Of a stretch of DNA of 64,000 bases, positions 25,171 through 38,305 are shown one piece after another. Source of the stretch: Squalus acanthias (Eukaryota); NCBI GenBank assembly GCA_030390025.1, contig CM059433.1, forward strand, positions 15,130,001-15,194,000. The letters are read 5' to 3'. The notes beneath the pieces are model-generated. The model did not search any database and was not told the DNA's origin. It worked only from the letters and a program-made list of their open reading frames with translations. Numbering within the stretch: the stretch's first letter is position 1; every line of letters starts with the position of its first letter. Made by a program: the position numbers and the translations under genes.

Positions 25171-27204
25171 AGAGGCTCTCGGGCACCCTTGCCATTGCAC
25201 CTATCATCTTCGTGTGCATGGTCATCACCCTTCTTCTAAACGCCTCCCCATCGAGGTCCTCATCTGAATCCTGTGCAGCAGAACTCGCCCTCGGAGGAGC
25301 TGGACCCCGAGCTATCCTTTCCCCCGGTCTTGCTGCAGCCCACTTGTCCCCAGTGCCTCACCCTGTGCAGATCCCACTACTATACTAGCTTCTAAAGAAT
25401 GTGTAGTGCCAGTATCTGAGCTGGTGTCTGAGGGTGAGAGATGCAGTGACGTGGTGTATTCTTCCTCCTCCTCTTTTCCCGCCTCACTCTCTATGGTGCC
25501 CTCAAGGACAGGCTGCTCAGGTGCTTGCTCATTATCTGAAAGCATAAAGACACGAGTGTTGGGTTAAGGTGAGGGGTGGGGGGCAGGAAGGGAGAAATGC
25601 ATGTATATAGCATGATTAGCTGGAAAGTGCAAAACGCTTGTAGGGTGAGGGGGAAGTGGGATGTGAGAAGAAGCAGTAGGGATGAACATACCGTTGTTGT
25701 ACCCAAGGGGGTCAACGTCACCGGTGGCCACGACGCCCACCACCTGGCGCCCAATGATCTCCAGCACTCTATTTTCCAGCACAGACAGTGGTTGGGTGTC
25801 GGCTTGTCCCCCGCCTGTGCGCTCCTGCTCCCTCATGTTGTGATCCACCTTGGCCTGCAAGAGAAAGGAAAGTGTGTGAGTGTGTGTGGAGCAATGTGTT
25901 TGGGTGATGTGCCTGCCATAGTTGAATAGCTGTCATTGTGCACAAAGTGTGAGATGTGGTTGTGAGCGTTGGTAGGTAAATATTGTTGGTTGGTGAGTGC
26001 TGGGGGTGTGGTGCTTTGGGCAGTGTGTGAAGATTGTGGCTCAGTTAGTGGTATGTAGCATTTGTTGAAGCATTCACTCACCCTGACCACCTGAGTGAGG
26101 TCGTTAAATTTCTTCCTGCACTGTGTGTGGGTCCTGGGGACCACAGTGCTGCCCGAGACATGCTGCACTACCTCCCTCCACATGATGCGGAAGACTTGTG
26201 GCGAGGGCCTCCTGGCACTTGCCCGATAGAGCACCGCCCTCCATCTTTCAACAACGCAAACCAATGCCTCCAATGCTTCAGCACAGAATCTGCGGGCTCT
26301 CTCCCTGGGGCGTGGATCTGCCATGAGCACACCTGGTTCAGTCCTCCGGCTCCTTCTCCTTGTCCTGCTTCTGCTTGCTGAGGCAGCTGCACAGCCAGCA
26401 ATGCTGAGAATGAGTTGCTGCAGCATCAATGTGCCTTCCCTTTAAGTACTGAAAAAAGCCTGTGGCAATCATGACTTGCGATTAGACTGCACCTGATATT
26501 GGTCCACTTTTGAGTGTAACGCCAATGAGCTTGAGTTTTAAGACTTGATTTAGCGCTCCAATCATTTTTTTGAGCAGTGAGCACGAATTTTGCGTGAAGT
26601 CTAAAGCATTAGTGCCTGGCGCTAATTCGCCAAATTTTCTACTGACATCGCCCATTCCTTGACTATAATGAATTTCTAGCCCTATAGAATCATAGAAATT
26701 TACGACACAGAAGGAGACAATTTGGCCCATCGTGTCTGCCGGTTAAATTGGTTAAGGAGATGGACCATTGGACCCAACGTTCTTGAGGCCCCAGATGCGA
26801 CGTTGACATCGCTGCCCCATTATCAATTCGCATTTCCAGTAATTTGCGGTGCATAATGTGATCTGAAGGTTGAGGTAAAAATTCCAGTTCACGTCACTCG
26901 CCATTCCAGCGATTTCAGGGCCAATATATCTTAAGCTGACTTGCTCCAAATCAACAGTTCTTCTGAAGCTACCAGGCAGCAAGGTAGGCTGGAGACTCCA
27001 TGGTTAACAGTGAACTGCCATGTAAGGTTATAGTCAGGGACCTTGTTTCACTTCTAGATTTACATTGAGTGTTAATCCAGCAGATACAACTTTTTCTTCC
27101 TTCAAAGGAGAAATTGTTAAGCCTGTAATTGATATAAATCTACTGTTTATCCTTGCTATTGCTTTCTTACCTACTTACTGGTAATAAATTCATTCTGTAA
27201 TCTA

Positions 27205-27610
27205 GTGTCAGCTGTGGCTCAGTGGTAGCACTCTTGCCTCTGAGTCAGAAGTTTGTGCGTTGAAGTCGCGCTCCACAGATTTGAACTCAAAATCAGTTCT
27301 GAGGAAAGGTCATCAACCTGTACCTTAACTCCCTTTCTCTCTCCGCAGACGCTGCTGACTGAGTACTTCCAGCAGTTTCTGTTTTTTTTTTCCAGATTTC
27401 CAGCATCCACAGTATTTTGCTTTTGTGTTAGAGTTCTCCCGGTATCCTGGCCAACATTTATCCCTCAACCGAACCTAAAACAAATGATCCGGTCATTCAC
27501 TTCATTGCTATTTGTGGGACCTTGCTGTGCACAAATTGGCATCCACGTTTCCTACATTACAACAGTGGGACGTCCCGAAGGTCATGAAAGGCGCTATATA
27601 AATGCAAGTG
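27205..27610 (+). mobile_element. Deu-like tRNA-derived SINE containing a short Penelope-type fragment
   Basis: Head gtggctcagtggtagcactcttgcctctgagtcagaag, core gtgcacaaattggc...tttcctacattacaacagtg and tail gaaaggcgctatataaatgcaag. Confidence 0.75.
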
Positions 27611-28299
27611 ACATGAATCTTGTCATTCATGTGGAAATGACTTATGAAATAATACTGGGCGGCCTGCTGGTGGTGCTGTCCAGGGAGAGTATAAATACTC
27701 AGGCATGGGCCCAGCTTGCTCAGGACATTCTTTAACAGGAACTGGTGAAGGACACAACTAGATCTCCATGTTGTAAAACAGTTGATTAAAGCTTTGTTTA
27801 ACACTTAGACCAAGTGCCTAGTAGTTTTCTTACGTCAGCAAGTTTATCTTCGTTTGTAACCTTAGCCACGGTCTGACAGAATGTTTATTCTACTGCTTTC
27901 CAAAGTGAAAGAGACCATATGGTGGCACATGATATATCCCAATAAAAACCTATCTCTCACACAAATAGATCTGCCAATATATATTTTAATTCAGAAGAAT
28001 GAGTTGCAATCCTAATCCATCTCAAATTGATCTTCTAGATATACAATGCATTAGGTTCATTGATTGCAAACCAATAGGCCACAAGGTGTTCATTATTCTA
28101 GCCATGATAAATATTTATAGCACATTTTTGAACATTCTTTCTCTCCTCCTCAACCCTGCTGGAATACCTTACAATGTGTTTATGTCCTGGCTTGCATAAA
28201 ATGTTGTTGATTTGAAATGGTAAAAGATTTAGGGCCTTCAAAGTGTTAGTTTGTAAATTGTTCAAAGAAAAATAGTTTATTACTACATCTTCTACAAAG

Positions 28300-29417
28300 A
28301 GTGACTGTCCTTGACAGCAAGGCAGCAGTTGACCGAGTGTGGCATCAAGGAGCCCTAGTAAAATTGAAGTCAATGGGAATCGGGGATTAACTCTCCACTG
28401 GCTGGAGTCACACCTAGCACAAAGGAAGATGGCTGTGGTTGGAGGTCAATCATCTCAGCCCCAGGGCATCGCTGCAGGATTTCCTCAGGGCAGTGTCCTA
28501 GGCCCAACCATTTCAGCTGCTTCATCAATGGCCTTCCCTCCATCATAGGGTCAAAAGTGAGGATGTTTGCTGATGATTGCACAGTGTTCAGTTCCATTTG
28601 CAACTCCTCAGACAATGAAGCAGTCCCTGCCCGCATGCAAAAAGACCTGGGAGACATTCAGGCTTGGGCTGATAAGTGGCAAGTAACATTTGCACCACAC
28701 AAGTGCCAGGCAACAAGAGCGAGTCTAACCACTGCCCCATGACATTTAACGACATTACCATCACCAAATCCCCCACTATCAACAACCTGGGGGGTCACCA
28801 TTGACCAGAAACTTAACTGGACCAGCCACATAAATACTGTAACTTTAAGAGCAGGTCAGAGGCTGAGTATTCTGTGGCAAGTGTCTCACCGCCTGTCTCC
28901 CCAAAGCCTTTTTCACCATCTACAAGGCACAAGTCAGGAGTGTGATGGAATACTCTCCACTTGCCTGGATGAGTGCAGCTCCAACAACACTCACAAAGCT
29001 CAACACCATCCAAGACAAAGCAGCCCGCTTGATTGGCACCTCAACCACCACCTTAAACATTCACTCCCTCCACCACTGGCATACCGTGGCTGCAGTGTGC
29101 ACCATCTACAAGATGCACTGCAGCAACTCACCAAGGCTTCTTTGATAACACCTCCCAAACCCGCGACCTCTACCACCTAGAAGGACAAGGGCAGCAGGCG
29201 CATGGGAACACCACCACCTCCAAGCTTCCCTCTAAGTCACACACCATCCTGACTTGGAAATATATCGCCGTTCCTTCATTGTCACTGGGTCAAAATCCTG
29301 GAACTCCCTCCCTAAAAGCACTGTGGGAGTACCTTCACTACACAGACTGCAACGTTTCAAGGCGGCGGCTCACCACCACCTTCTCAAGGGCAATTAGGGA
29401 TGGGCAATAAATGCCCA
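28300..29417 (+). mobile_element. CR1-group LINE 3' fragment (RT)
   Basis: GFPQGSVLGPT, MFADDCTVF and MEYSPLAW motifs, with the family 3' tail. Confidence 0.9.
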
Positions 29418-31370
29418 TCTTTTCTTTTCATTTGACTTTCAGCCCAAGACCAATTTCACCAACCCTGAGCCATCAAAAGAGCCTACCAAACATTTCTATC
29501 CATGTGACCTGCCTCAAACCGGGTTGGGAAGAAAAAGATATGCTGACATGATCTAATTCGATATGCCGATAGGTTAAATGAAGAGCGGTGGGAGGAGGTT
29601 CGTGTGGAGCACCGGCATGGACCAGTTGGGCCAAATGGCCTGCTTTTGTGCTGTAAATTCTATGTAATTCTACATAATAACAGCAAGGGAAACGTGTTAT
29701 GAAAGTCTGTCTAATTGTGTGAATAGCACAATTCACCAGGGCCTGCAAGGTGAGGCATGAAAACAGATTGAACTACTGATTATTATAACTCCAGTCGCAT
29801 GCATCCCATAGGGAACACTAATTTTATTTCTAACTTTACAACTTTTACCAAGCTTTCAATTGTTCATGAGTATTGATTTTAAGTACACAATCTGTTAATT
29901 CAATTCACTTTATCATATCAAGAAACACACCAACCTAGACTTCAACGGAAATGAAAATCGGGGAGAGATGTATAACGGGATGGTTGATCCGATATCGTCT
30001 GTTTTACGCTATCACCCAAAGTCAAAATGACCTCCGTTGTATTTTTATTTTAATTTCTAGTTATTTGACTTATTTTTCCTGTAAATATTATGTAAAAATG
30101 TGATAAAAGCTAGAGGTTTCAGGTTAGTAATATATAACAATTATTTTCTCTGGGATAGAAATCTATTCTGCAACTTCCCTCAAAGAAGGCGATATATCCC
30201 ACCATATAACCTCCATTGTGCAGCAGTTGGCTGTGACTTGAGAAATTCAGGCATTCCAGTATCATAACCCTGACTTCAAATCTACACTCCAGCACATTTA
30301 CTATATTGCTTGTTATCAAGACAGAAAGGACTGCACAGAATGAAACGGAAGGTGAAACCTAATAGAGAAATAGTAATATAAACGAAATGCTGTTATCTAT
30401 CTCACTGAACATGCCAAGAAAAGTGGTTTTAAAATGATTTCCATATTTTATCTTTGTGCGTATAGAAAAATGTACAGGAAAACTAGAATGGGAATAGATT
30501 CATATCTGAACTAAGTATAATTCAGATCCATGTAGAGAATTTCAAATCTTGTCTTCACAATTCCTTGCCATTCTATGGAAAATCTTGTATAACATTTCTT
30601 GACAATATTGCTGTGCAATTATTAAGATTTAATTATAGAGACATTAGTTCCTAAACACTAAGGATTATCAGAATGTTCTCTGATGTATAAAGGTACGAGT
30701 ACTGTGTCACTATGTAACCCCCGTAGACAACCATCTATGACTGGCATTTCATGATCTGAATGAAATTCCTGATTCTATTGATGATGCTCCCTGACATTGA
30801 TTGACATTTCCAGTCTCTGAAATTTCTTCAAGCTCTATAATTCTGCTGTTACTACAATAGGTTTTGTCAAATCCATTTTGAATAAATCTTCCAAGAAAAT
30901 GTTTTACATTCAAAACATGACTCATGAGGCTTTTTAATGCTGAATAGAAACTTACAGCACAGAAACAGGCCATGTGGCCCATCACTAGCTCCCACAGGGA
31001 GTGGTTGAGGCGAATAGTATAGATGCATTTAAGGGGAGGCTAGATTAGCATAAGAGGGAGAAGGGACTAGAGGGTTATGCTGGTAGAGTAATGGGAGGAG
31101 GCTCGAGTGAAGCAGTAATGCCAACATGGACTGGTTGGGCCGAATGGTCTGTTTCTGTGTTTTTTATTTTATGTAACTCTATGTAATTCCTGTGCCAGCT
31201 TTTTGAAAGAGCTATCCAATAGTGTGGAATACTTTTCATTTTCCTTGCTATTCTTTACTTAATGGGTATAATAATTGCAGTGAATAACTCGAGCATAGTT
31301 GTCCAAGTTTTAAGAGAAAAGTAAGGAGACTACATTAATATCACCCACTCTTCATCCTTTCCTTGACTGA

Positions 31371-31900
31371 TTGCACATTGCACCACCTTCCACCCTCCGT
31401 AAACTTGAACTCGTCCAAAACTCTGCTGCCCGTATCCTAACTCGCAACATGTCCCGTTCACCCATTACCCCTGTGCTCACTGACTTACATTGGCTCGTAG
31501 TCCGGCAACGCCTCGATTTTAAAATTCTTATCCTTGCTTTCAAATCCCTCTATTGCCTCGCCCCTTCCCTATCTCTGTAACCTCCTCCGGCCCTACAACT
31601 CTCCAAGATCCCTGCGCTCCTCCAAGTTGGTCTCTTGAGCATCCCTGATTTTAATCGCTCCACCATTGGCAGCCGTGCCTTCAGCTGCCTGGGCCCTAAG
31701 CTCTGGAATTCCCTCCCTAAACCTCTCCGCCTCTCCACCTCGCTCTCCTCCTTTAAGACGCACCTTAAAACCTACCTCTTTGACCAATCCCTCTGTGGCT
31801 CGGTGTCAAATTTTGTTTGATAACGTTCCTGTGAAGCGCCTTGGAACGTTTTACTGCATTAAAAGACGCTTTATAAATGTAAGTTGTTGTTGTTGTTATT
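31371..31900 (+). mobile_element. L2 LINE 3' fragment
   Basis: KLELVQNSAARILT, PITPVLTDLHWL and GSRAFSCLGPKLWNSLP motifs, with a (TTG)n tail. Confidence 0.9.
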
Positions 31901-33279
31901 GCAGCAGCAGTCCTGCACCATAATCAAAAATTGAATGTTGGCTGGTCTCAGATCTATAATTGTGGTCGAAAAGTGAGCGTAGGGAGGTGGTGGGAAGGTA
32001 TAACACTGTTGGCTATTTGTGTGGCTAACGTCTGCCATTCTAAACAGCTGTGCAAATAAGCAGTGTTCACTGCATCCCTTCATATCAGAAACACTTTTGA
32101 GAGTGTACTTTTCCTATCTTTGGAAGTATAAATGTGTGCAACTATTTTCTGATAAGGAACCACTTAAACGCAATGCAATGATTTCATTCCAATGTTCATG
32201 TTAATATAAATTGTTATGGAATATTTTGGTCCATTCGAAGTGTTGTTTGTCAGCACCAGAAAGCATGCTCGAAGTACTGAGACTGCTTCAGAACACTAAA
32301 CAAAAGGAACATGCAATCTCAGTAGAAATGGCTGCGCATTCTATTGAAAAGCAACAAGATGGCACCAGGCTGATTTTTGATTCTGGCACAGCTAGGGTGC
32401 TCATTGGATGAGGCGTCATGTCGTCCCTGCCTGATGATGTTGGCGGGAGGCCCAATTGATTTTTGTGATCAGGCCTCATTTAAATTCTGGAGGCGAGCTG
32501 CCAGCACTGATCGTGCTGCTTATAGGCAGTTCGCTGCTTGGGAAGACAGGAAATCTTTTAGGCCTGTCACTTCTTAAAGCCAGCAGCTCTTAAAGGGGAG
32601 GTGAATTTTCAGTGATGTTAAGCGGATAACGCGTTACCGGGGCAGCGGGCAGAATGAGGATCGCCAGGGCATGCAGATTTTTAGATACTGCAGTGTAGCC
32701 TCTTGTGGAACAAGTGAGGCCCAGGAACGAGGCCCTATTTCCTTCAGATGGGCAAAGGGTGCCCAGTATAATTAGTTAGCAGCAGCAGAGAGAGGTAGCT
32801 GAAGAGGTCACTAGCAGCAGCTTAGCTACAAGGACCTGATTGCATTGAAGGAAGACATTTAATGACCTCACCAGACTTGCCAAAGTAAATTTCCTCTTCA
32901 CATCTCTCTTACTCTCTACATAGCCCTGCAACACCAGATTTTAGCTCCAGGACTTGAATGAAATTTAACGACCTCACCAAGACTGGCAAGGTAAGATGGC
33001 CCTTCCAATCTCTCTTACTCTCTGCACAGCTCTACAATGCCCTACACTAGCCCCAGCACTATCAATCTTTCTCTGATGTGCTTCCCAAGCCTCTCCTCCA
33101 ATCACAATGAGACACTTCACTACGCCTCCTTCTACTTGAAGTCACATTCTTAGCAGCAGCTTCTGTCCTCACAACTACTTTCCCCTCTTGCCCACACTTG
33201 CTGCTTCTTCCTCTCAGCATGCACACTGTGCTAAACTGACTTACTCATCTTCACAGCCCTTAAACAGAGCACACATTAA

Positions 33280-33568
33280 CACAATCCCACAACACAAGGA
33301 CTAGAGGACACAGATTTAAGGTTTTGGGCAAGAGATACAGGGGGGATGTGAGGAAAAACCTTTTTACGCAGCGAGTGGTGAGGACCTGGAACTCGCTGCC
33401 GACGGAAGTGGTGGAAGCGGAGACACTCAATGTTTTCAAGGGGAGACTGGATAGGCACTTGAGGGAAATAAACTTGCAGGGCTACGGGGATAGAGCGGGG
33501 GAATGGAACTGACTGGATTGCTCTACAGAGAGCCGGCACGGACTCCTTCTGTGCCGTTATGACTCTAT
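33280..33568 (+). mobile_element. CR1 LINE 3' end
   Basis: TRTRGHRFKV...RKNLFTQRVVRTWNSLP, with a (TATGACTC)n tail. Confidence 0.85.
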
Positions 33569-34341
33569 GGGGGAAAAATTCAGCTGCTTGCGCCTCCCGT
33601 TAGCGCCTTAAGAGGGCGCTAATGGGGCGTAAAGCAGCTAATGCCCGGGCGCAGCGCCGCCCACGCCTCCCGAAAAATTCAGCGGGAGGTTAGCGGCGGC
33701 GCCAGCCGGTAGCGCCCTGTGGCGCTGCGCCGCCGGCGATGACGTCATCGCCGTGCGCAGCACCCCGCTCGCGCTCCAGCCGCGATCTTCAGTCGCGCCC
33801 CCTGATTTACCGCCAGACGCTATGTCCGACGGGTTCAGGGAGGCGTACGTGCGGCCGGGGCGGCGATATTTAAAGGGGAGGTGGCAGGCGGCCATTTTTG
33901 TTGCTGGCCGCCTGCCAGCACCTGCCCCCGTTGCTGTCCCCGGCCCCCGTGAAGCCCCCCCACCGTGAAGTGCCGGCTGCGCTCCAAGAGCCCGGCACTT
34001 CTCTTGAGTGCCGGGCTCTTTTGCCGGCACTCCCGATCCCTGGGGGCCCAGCTGGGCCCCGGTTCGCGCTGCGCAGGGTCCCTCCCCTTTAAGAAGGGGA
34101 GGAAGGCCTGCAATACCGCGGCGCGACGTGCCGCAGCGCGTGGCGCTGCGGCACGTAGCGCCAGGATATTCCCTCGCAGCGCCCCAAGAGGGATGCGGGG
34201 TGCTTCCAGTGGCGCCCCGTTTCCCTCTTGGGGCGCAACCACTGAAGTTCCGGCGCGGGGCCGCTAATTTTTTCGGGGCGCTAAAAGTCGCGCCCCGGCG
34301 AGGTTAGCGCCCCAAATGGGGCGCGACTCAATTTTTACCCC
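33569..34341. mobile_element. Young GC/CpG-rich Harbinger-type MITE
   Basis: Terminal inverted repeats gggggaaaaatt / aatttttacccc and a 3-bp TAT duplication within the CR1 tail. Confidence 0.85.
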
Positions 34342-36012
34342 TATGACTCTTTTTGTAGGAGAAGCTATCTGCTGCACATAAAGCTCATAACTCATAACTG
34401 GCACACAACAGGAGGGAGAGTGCAAGATCAGGACTCCAATGGATGGCACCATTATCGACGCCAATGGCAAAGGAAGGACACACAGCATTGGTGATGTTAA
34501 GACTGGAGGCCATGCACAGCCTTTTCCCATTCCATTTAACTGTCTAACTGATACACACAGTACCTCAACCTGAGGCTGCATTTTTAAAATTTATTCGTGG
34601 GGTGTGGGCATCGCTGGCAAGGCCAGCATTTATTGCCCATCCCTAATTGCCCTTGAGAAGGTGGTGGTGAGCCGCCTTCTTGAACCGCTGCAGTCCGTGT
34701 GGTGAAGGTGCTCCCATTGCATTGCACTGCCTCCCATCGGCTACTGCTTACCCTTGTCATTCCATGTTAACCCTTCCCCTCTGCCCTCTTTCTACATCCT
34801 TCAGATGACTGAGACCCTGCAGCTGCATAGAGAGAAGGGGGACAACCCTCCCAAAGATGCACCATCACTCGCTCATACCTTTCCAAACACCAGGTGGCAT
34901 AGACTGTGACTTCGAAGGGGGTCTGCACAGGATGATTTACAGAGCACAAGTGGGCAGAAGCAGGTGAAAATGGAAATCACAACTCAGGACAAGGCTCTCC
35001 AGAAGGAATGCTCGGGTCCTAGCTCTACTGAAGAAAGGCAGAGGTGCAGACTTTGGGGACTCAACAATTGCTGAATGTATTGGATTGCTTGCCTGGGAGC
35101 TACAGCAAAATGTTGGACACGGTGTAGGAGTCCACTACGAACATGCGTGAGGTTCTGGAGCACAGTATCAACACTCTACTGTCAACCATGGAACATGTGG
35201 TTGCCTGACTGGACACTTCAGCTAGACCCTCCCTGCAGCAGTCTTTAGCACCAAGAATAACAATGCTCAAGGAAGCTCATACTTGCACCATGAAGGCTCT
35301 GGCCTCCACCATCACCTCCACCTTGGACAGGCTGCGAGACTGAACGGATAGAGGCGTCAGTCAGATATCAGATCTCCTACAATTTATTCTGCTGCAGATC
35401 AGCGAGAATGCTGGTCTGCAGCCCAAAAGCAGGGGCAGTCATGCAATGGGAGTGGAACCTATTGCTCTCTCTCAATATGGCAGCATGTCTGGACATTCAT
35501 CACCCCCTCAAGCTCTGTCTGACGCCAAAAAGCCAGCTCAGCCAGGCTGCTTAGTCCCCAGAGTGTTGCGGGTCGTCGAAGCAATTGGCATTTCATCTCA
35601 CAGCATATCGCCGTTCTGTACTCCCCGAATCATTGGGGGCTGGTGTGCAGACTCCAGTCACCCTCCCCTTTAATGGCTGGAAGGCGCCTGCGCCAATTTT
35701 CACTTCCGATTACACAACACTTCATATTACTTATCGCTTGGAGCCAACGCCACTCACCTACGCCACTAGCGCCTGATTTAGCGCTCCCCTGCATCCTTTG
35801 AGCACTGAGACTGAATTTAGCGGGCAGCGAGATTGATTAGCGCCTGGCACTAAATTTCCATCTAAATTTCTCCCCCACAAAATAATATTTGCATTTACAT
35901 TCTTCCCTACCACATTGAAATGTCTCAAAGCACTTCACATAATAAATAACTTGTGAAGTTAATGCAATGACTGCTGCATAGGCCATTCTGTGATAAACAG
36001 CATCCTCTTTAC

Positions 36013-36148
36013 TTTAGAACAGGGCAGCATCCAGTGTAATGTTGCTTTAACAGTTTCCAAAATTGTTGCATTTGAAAATGTCTCCTGCAGGACCACAGTT
36101 GATTTCTCAGTTGTACTATCATAAATAGTTCCCCAGGGTAATAGCACA
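36013..36148 (-). CDS. Candidate internal exon of an unidentified host gene
   Basis: Acceptor ctgtatttcacatctaccag, donor aaa|gtaaag, open frame VLLPWGTIYDSTTEKSTVVLQETFSNATILETVKATLHWMLPCSK. Confidence 0.35.
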
Positions 36149-37878
36149 CTGGTAGATGTGAAATACAGCTTTTTTGAAAGCAAGTCGTTTGAAAGTGTTC
36201 ATAACGTCTGCCGTAACCACCATTTTATTATTACTTTGTTAAATCATTGGGGGGAATATTAACCTGGAAGAGCAGTGGGTTTGGCAAAAATATCAGCGCA
36301 TCCAGAAGCTGGTTCCATCACTCCAACTTCCGCATTTCACTGAAGCAGATTAGACAGTGTGTGCGCAAACCCCTTGGGAGAGATGGGTTGTCAATTTCAA
36401 TACGTTAATTGCTCAATTAGAGCGCTATTAACAGAGATTTTTGTGCTTAATTTCGGGGCCACGGTTTTCCCGGGCTCCCTGGAGCTCGTCAGTGAAAGCA
36501 AGGTGAGTGCACAACGGCAATAGAGGGGGCTGAATCAATCTCGGGGAAATATGGCAATAACTACTCAGTACTCACAGCTGCTTTCTTACCTGCGAGTGGG
36601 AAAGGACATGCTCACAGTACTTTTGCTAAAAGGTTACTTTCTACACTTTGGAGGTCTGATCTACATTTTGGAGGTTTGATCTATCAGATCAGGATGAGTG
36701 CCGCTTATGCTGCCTTAGATTGGACCTCAGATGAGGCCACACAGGGTCTACAGGCAGAGGATAAGCTTCCACAACATGTCAGAACAGAAGTGTCTCAGGA
36801 GGCTCAGGGTGTTGTGTCAGGTGGCGGCAGACATTTGCTGCCTGCTGGAACAAGACCTGCTGCCTGCTGGACCTGGTGGCAATACTTTACAATAGGCTGT
36901 CAAAGTCAGCGCTGTGGGTCTGGAGTCACATATAGGCCAGACCGGGTAAGGACGGCAGATTTCCTTCCCTAAAGGACATTAGTGAACCAGATGGGTTTTT
37001 ATGACAATCCGGTAATTTCATGGTCACCATTACTGAGACTAGCTTTTTATTCCAGATTTATTTAATTAACTGAATTTAAATGTCCTCACGTGGCAATGCG
37101 AGCACCCCAAGATCACCCAAGAGTATTTGTCAACCATAAGGGCATCCACTCCATCAATGTACAGCTGGTGTGAAAGATCTTTATGCAGGTCTGCGCAAGA
37201 TTTCTGGGCAGCTGCCATGATGCTTTCATCCCATGATGTGGATGTCCCAGCTCTGACGTCTTCACCCCTGGAAGCAGGGTTAATGGGTGGCTGCTCGGAG
37301 ACAAGGGACACCCACTTAAAATGTAGCTGATGACATCGCTCAGAAACCCGAGGAATGAGGCCCAAGAGTGCAACAATCAATGCCATATGACCACCAGATG
37401 TGTCATTGAACAAGCTATTGACATGCTGTAGATGCGCTCCTGGTGCCTGAACAGATCTGGAAGCACCCTTCAGTATGCACCAGCTAGGTTCTCCAGAATG
37501 GTCGCGGTTGAGCGCAGAGCCTCTTTGGAGGATTCTGAGGAGGACGACGTGGAAGAAGGTGATAAGGGTAATGCACCACCAGCTGCGCACATTGCTCCCC
37601 AGGATGCCCTGAATATTATGAGGTTCACTTCGGTTCCACCAGTGCACCCATCTAACAACCACATGCAAAGCTACTTATTGCCCCACCCGCAATGCCACTA
37701 ACACAAAGCAGTCCTGCAAACAACCAAGCATCCCTTACACATCCCCCCATTGGTTGTCATCAATTCATGTCTTCCCATTCATCATCAAACAACTAAAAAG
37801 GCCACTTGCCAGCCAGCAACCAAGAATGGACAAGACAGGAAACTGGTACAAATTAATAATATTTATGCGCTTCAAATA

Positions 37879-38305
37879 TGGTAGCATGGTGGTTATGTTA
37901 CTGAACTAGTAATCTAGCGGTCCTCGACGAGGAATGAGTTCCAATCCCACCACGGCAGCTGGGGAATTGAAATTCAGTTAATTAAATAAATCTGGAATTA
38001 AAAAGCTAGTATCAGTAATGGTGACCATGAAACTATCGGATTGAAGTAAAAACCCATCTGGTTCACTAATGTCCTTTAGGGAAGGAAATCTGCCGTCCTT
38101 ACCTGGTCTGGCCTCTAAGTGACTTCAGACCTGGTCTGGCCTATATGTGACTCCAACCAATGTGGTTGACTCTTAACTGCCCTCTGAAATAGCCGAGCAA
38201 GCCACTCAGTTGTATAAGGCAGCTCACCTTCCCAAGTGCAATTAGGGATGGCCAATAAATGCTGGCCTTGCCAGAGACGCCAACCTCCCGTGAATGAAAA
38301 AAAAG
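37879..38305 (+). mobile_element. Complete tRNA-derived SINE with conserved core and LINE-derived tail
   Basis: A/B-box-like head, core aaaacccatctggttcactaatgtcctttagggaaggaaatctgccgtcc, tail gcaattagggatggccaataaatgctggccttgccag and poly(A). Confidence 0.85.

Larger units (their letters stand above)
21238..26681. mobile_element. Composite of decayed Harbinger elements with two Myb/SANT gene relics
   Basis: The + relic at 22520-22770 reads RAAPRFSHDSLDKLMEGV...WLHIAEEV...TWVQWRKPFN. The - relic at 26082-26330 reads RARRFCAEALEALV...WREVVQHVSG...RTHTQCRKKFNDL|gtgagt, with further spliced exons. Ends are gggccgaaattt / gaatttctagccc. Confidence 0.75.
32400..35877 (+). mobile_element. Decayed Harbinger Myb-gene relic with nested CR1, MITE and LINE fragments
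   Basis: Relic ...tttaatgacctcaccaga...gtaa (FNDLTR plus donor), present twice at 32860 and 32965; right end aaatttctccccc with subterminal tagcgcc motifs. Confidence 0.55.

Noticed and set aside
27830..32300. Additional exon candidates near 27830-27950, 30120-30360 and 32170-32295
   Set aside because: They have in-frame stops or no convincing donor site.
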